NCBI GenBank assembly: GCA_039588275.1
Contig: JBDHAC010000084.1
Span: forward strand, 1-10,435
Direction of reading: 5' to 3'
Length of the DNA: 10,435 nucleotides
DNA from: Gemmatimonadota bacterium
Lineage (GTDB): Bacteria > Gemmatimonadota > Gemmatimonadetes > Palauibacterales > Palauibacteraceae
Positions 6,966 through 10,435 of this stretch are shown in pieces. Both the position numbers and the translations under genes were made by a program. The notes below the pieces were generated by a model. The model saw only the letters and a program-made list of their open reading frames with translations. It did not search any database and was not told the DNA's origin. How positions within the stretch are numbered: the stretch's first letter is position 1; each line of letters begins with the position of its first letter.

Positions 6966-9758
6966 CTATACTAGCTCCTGTCTGAGCACCGTCTGCAGGA
7001 TGCCTCCGTTGCGGTAGTACTCCAGCTCGGGCTCGGTATCCAGCCGGACGAGTGCCTCGAACGTCCCGCCCGTGCCGTCCGCGCGACCCACTCGCACCGT
7101 GATGTACGACTTCGGCTTCAACCCCCGTGCGATTCCGGCGATGTCGAAGACCTCGGTGCCATCCAGCCCGAGAGCCTCGGCGCTCTGCCCTTCCCGAAAC
7201 TGTAGCGGCAGCACACCCATTCCGATCAGGTTGCTCCGGTGGATCCGCTCGAAGCTCTCGGCGATCACCGCCTTCACACCGAGCAGGTAAGAGCCCTTCG
7301 CCGCCCAGTCGCGGCTCGACCCGGACCCGTACAGCGCCCCGCCGATCACGATGAGCGGCACCCCGTCGCGCGCGTATTTCATGGCGGCATCGTAGATGGC
7401 CATCTGCTCGCCGCTCGGTTGGTGCGCCGTGTACCCGCCTTCGACACCGGGCACCATGAGGTTTCGGAGGCGGATGTTCGCGAACGTCCCCCGCATCATC
7501 ACCTCGTGGTTCCCGCGGCGCGAGCCGTACGTGTTGAAGTCCGCCAACGGCACGCCGTGATCCCGCAGGTAGCGCGCGGCGGGCGAGTCGCTCGCGATCG
7601 CTCCGGCCGGGGAGATGTGGTCGGTGGTCACCGCGTCGCCGAGGAGCGCCAGGCACCGTGCACCGTGGACGTCACCGGGCTCGGCGGCGTCGCGGCTCAT
7701 GCCGGTGAAGAACGTGGGCTGCCGGACGTAAGTGGAATCCGGGTCCCAATCGAACCGGTCGCCCGTCGGCACTTCGAGCCCGTTCCAGCGCTCGTCCCCC
7801 TTGAACACGTCGGCGTATTTGGAGCGGAACATCTCGGTTCGCACGGCGTCCCGTACGACAGTGCGGATCTCTTCCTGGCTCGGCCAGATGTCACGCAGGA
7901 ACACGCCTTCCCCGTCGGCGCCGGTGCCCAGCGGCTCCGAGTACACGTCGATGTCCATGCGGCCGGCGAGCGCGTACGCCACCACGAGCGGCGGCGAGGC
8001 CAGGTAGTTCGCGCGCGAGTCGGGGTTGATGCGGCCCTCGAAGTTGCGATTCCCCGAGAGCACCGAGCACGCGACCAGGTCGAGCTCGCGAATCGCCTCG
8101 GAGATCGCCCCCGCCAGCGGTCCGCTGTTTCCGATGCACGTCGTGCAGCCGTAGCCGACGACGTGGAACCCGAGCTCCTCCAGGTAGGGGAGCAGACCCG
8201 CCTGTTTCAGGTACTCGGTGACCACCATCGAACCTGGGGCAAGGCTGGTCTTGACCCATGGCCTGCTGGCCAGCCCCTTCTCGACGGCTTTTTTGGCGAG
8301 CAGACCCGCACCGATCATCACGGATGGATTCGAGGTGTTCGTGCAGCTCGTGATCGCGGCGATCACGACGGAGCCGTCTCGAAGGATGCACTCTTCGACC
8401 TCGCCTTCAGCCGTCTCCAGGCGTACCGCGACGCCCGCCGGCGCGTCGGCCACCGCCAGTCCGCCCTCACCGTCCCCGCCGTCTCCCTCCCAGCGGGAGA
8501 GCGCACCCTTGGAGGTGGGGGGAGCTTCGCCGCCTTTGATCGCGTCGAGCGCGTCCAAAAAGCGCGGCTTGGTGCGAGACAGCGGGATCCGTTGCTGTGG
8601 AAGCTTCGGACCCGCGATCGACGGCCCCACGGTGCCGAGGTCGAGCTCCAGGCGGTCACTGTAGGCGGCGACGGGCGAACCGGCGTCGTGGAAGAGCCCC
8701 TGGGCCTTCGCGTACGCATCCACCAGCGCGACCTGGTCGTCCGGCCGGCCCGTGAAGCGGAGGTAGTCGAGCGTCTCCCGGTCGATGGGAAACATCGCGC
8801 ACGTAGATCCGAACTCCGGGGACATGTTGCCCAGCGTCGCGCGATCGGCGAGCGAAAGGCTCGACAGACCCGGGCCGTGGAACTCGACGAACTTCCCGAC
8901 GACGCCGGCATCGCGCAGCATCTCCGTCACCCGCAGTACGAGATCGGTCGCGGTCGCACCCTCGGGGAGCGTGCCGTGCAGCTCGAATCCGAGCACGCGA
9001 GGCACGAGCATGCTGAGCGGCTGACCCAGCACCGCGGCTTCCGCCTCGATCCCGCCGACTCCCCACCCGAGCACGCCGAGGCCGTTGATCATGGTGGTGT
9101 GGCTGTCGGTCCCGACCAGCGTGTCCGGGTACGCCAGGCGCACACCGTCGCGCTCCGTATCGAACACGACCCGCGCCAGGTACTCCAGGTTCACCTGGTG
9201 CACGATGCCGGTGTCCGGGGGAACCACGCGGAAGTTGTCGAACGCGTTCTGGCCCCAGCGCAAGAACGCGTAGCGCTCGTGATTCCGTTCGAACTCCTTC
9301 TCGGCGTTGATGAGGAAGGATGCCGCGCTCCCGTAGGAATCGACCTGGACGGAGTGGTCGATCACGAGCTCGCATGGGATGAGCGGGTTGATCGAGGCCG
9401 AATCTCCTCCCAGCTCAGCCATCGCGTCGCGCATCGCCGCGAGGTCCACGACGGCGGGAACGCCGGTGAAATCCTGCAGCAGCACGCGCGCCGGGTTGAA
9501 GGCGATCTCCCCTCCCGGCGTGCTCTCGGGATCCCACGACGCCAGCGAGGCGATGTCCTCCGCCGTGACCGTCTCCCCATCCTCGTTGCGCACGAGGTTC
9601 TCGAGCAGGACCCGGATCGAGTACGGCAGCCGGGTCAGGTCGCTCCCCGTCTCGCGCTCGACGGCGCCGAGGTCGTAGATGGTGAACGTCTCGCCCGCGA
9701 CATCGATCGTCGTGCGGGTGTCGAACGAATCGTGCTTGTCTATGTGTGCCATCGTCAT
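6966..9758 (-). CDS. acnA: Aconitate hydratase AcnA (IRP-like family), 930 aa
   Basis: [52 protein letters not shown], cluster ligands in [12 protein letters not shown] and [12 protein letters not shown], plus [18 protein letters not shown] and [19 protein letters not shown] (9768-9764) lies 5 nt before the ATG at 9758. Confidence 0.98.
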   Translation of the reverse strand: MTMAHIDKHDSFDTRTTIDVAGETFTIYDLGAVERETGSDLTRLPYSIRVLLENLVRNEDGETVTAEDIASLASWDPESTPGGEIAFNPARVLLQDFTGVPAVVDLAAMRDAMAELGGDSASINPLIPCELVIDHSVQVDSYGSAASFLINAEKEFERNHERYAFLRWGQNAFDNFRVVPPDTGIVHQVNLEYLARVVFDTERDGVRLAYPDTLVGTDSHTTMINGLGVLGWGVGGIEAEAAVLGQPLSMLVPRVLGFELHGTLPEGATATDLVLRVTEMLRDAGVVGKFVEFHGPGLSSLSLADRATLGNMSPEFGSTCAMFPIDRETLDYLRFTGRPDDQVALVDAYAKAQGLFHDAGSPVAAYSDRLELDLGTVGPSIAGPKLPQQRIPLSRTKPRFLDALDAIKGGEAPPTSKGALSRWEGDGGDGEGGLAVADAPAGVAVRLETAEGEVEECILRDGSVVIAAITSCTNTSNPSVMIGAGLLAKKAVEKGLASRPWVKTSLAPGSMVVTEYLKQAGLLPYLEELGFHVVGYGCTTCIGNSGPLAGAISEAIRELDLVACSVLSGNRNFEGRINPDSRANYLASPPLVVAYALAGRMDIDVYSEPLGTGADGEGVFLRDIWPSQEEIRTVVRDAVRTEMFRSKYADVFKGDERWNGLEVPTGDRFDWDPDSTYVRQPTFFTGMSRDAAEPGDVHGARCLALLGDAVTTDHISPAGAIASDSPAARYLRDHGVPLADFNTYGSRRGNHEVMMRGTFANIRLRNLMVPGVEGGYTAHQPSGEQMAIYDAAMKYARDGVPLIVIGGALYGSGSSRDWAAKGSYLLGVKAVIAESFERIHRSNLIGMGVLPLQFREGQSAEALGLDGTEVFDIAGIARGLKPKSYITVRVGRADGTGGTFEALVRLDTEPELEYYRNGGILQTVLRQELV

Positions 9759-9792
9759 ATCGGTCCTCGAGGCTGATCGATCGAGAGCCGGA

Positions 9793-10434
9793 TCAGTCCG
9801 CGCTCGGTAGGGTCTTCACGTACAGGTCTCTCTTGGGGTACGGGATCTCTACCCCGTGCTCCTCGAAAAGCTGCTTGACGCGCTCGGTGATGCGGTCGGC
9901 CACCGCGCGTCGGCGGCGCGCGTCGGAGATCCACACGCGAAGTTGCAGGTTCACCTCCGACGCCCCGAAGCTGCGCACGATCACGATCGGGGCGGGGTCA
10001 TCCTTCACGCCCTCCGTATCCGCGGCGGCTTCCAGGATCAGCCGCTTTGCCAACTCGACGTCCGCCTCGTAGGCGACCGCCATCGGGATCCGAAGCCTGA
10101 TGTGAGATCCGGACGCCGTGTAGTTCACGATGTCCCGCTGCATGATGAGGTTGTTCGGGACGACCACGACGATGTTGTCCGGGTTTCGGATCTTGGTGGC
10201 CCTGAGACCCACCTCGATCACGTCGCCCCACGTGCCCGTCTCGTTGGGGGCGGACCACAGCTCGATGCGGTCTCCGACCTTGAACGGTCTGTCCAGGATG
10301 AGGAGCACGCCCGCCACCACGTTGGCGAGCGTATCCTTCGCAGCCAGCGAGAGAGCCAGACCGACGACGCCCGCTCCGGCGAGGAACGGCGAGAGGTTGA
10401 TCCCGAGCTGGCCGAGGGCGACGAGCACGGCGAC
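9793..10434 (-). CDS. mscS: MscS-family mechanosensitive ion channel, C-terminal part (5' end outside the window)
   Basis: [66 protein letters not shown]....IVNY and GVEIPYP. The frame stays open to the window edge, so the track start at 10428 is not the real start. Confidence 0.93.
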   Translation of the reverse strand, partial: VAVLVALGQLGINLSPFLAGAGVVGLALSLAAKDTLANVVAGVLLILDRPFKVGDRIELWSAPNETGTWGDVIEVGLRATKIRNPDNIVVVVPNNLIMQRDIVNYTASGSHIRLRIPMAVAYEADVELAKRLILEAAADTEGVKDDPAPIVIVRSFGASEVNLQLRVWISDARRRRAVADRITERVKQLFEEHGVEIPYPKRDLYVKTLPSAD

Positions 10435-10435
10435 G

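Noticed and set aside
7239..9776. 845-aa + strand ORF antisense to acnA
   Set aside because: It is a shadow frame of a GC-rich gene, with Arg/Gly/Val-rich sequence and no recognisable motifs. acnA fully explains the region.

Overview
A GC-rich bacterial window with three blocks. (1) On the + strand, the 3' part of a System I cytochrome c maturation operon: partial ccmE, then ccmF, ccmG and ccmH. (2) After a 471-bp intergenic region rich in repeats and hairpins, a tightly coupled three-gene + strand redox module: a membrane-anchored octaheme cytochrome c, a Tat-exported 4x[4Fe-4S] NrfC-type protein and an NrfD/PsrC-family membrane subunit. No molybdopterin, hydrogenase or NrfA catalytic subunit lies in the operon. 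(3) On the - strand and convergent with the module, aconitate hydratase acnA, preceded by a partial MscS-family channel gene. The most interesting items are the catalytic-subunit-free quinol:cytochrome c oxidoreductase-like module, the octaheme's gap-free 95-aa tandem duplication of a tetraheme unit, and the structured intergenic leader (a 20-bp-period triple repeat and a ~110-nt rod-like stem). All calls come from reading motifs by eye. No database search or folding program was run.
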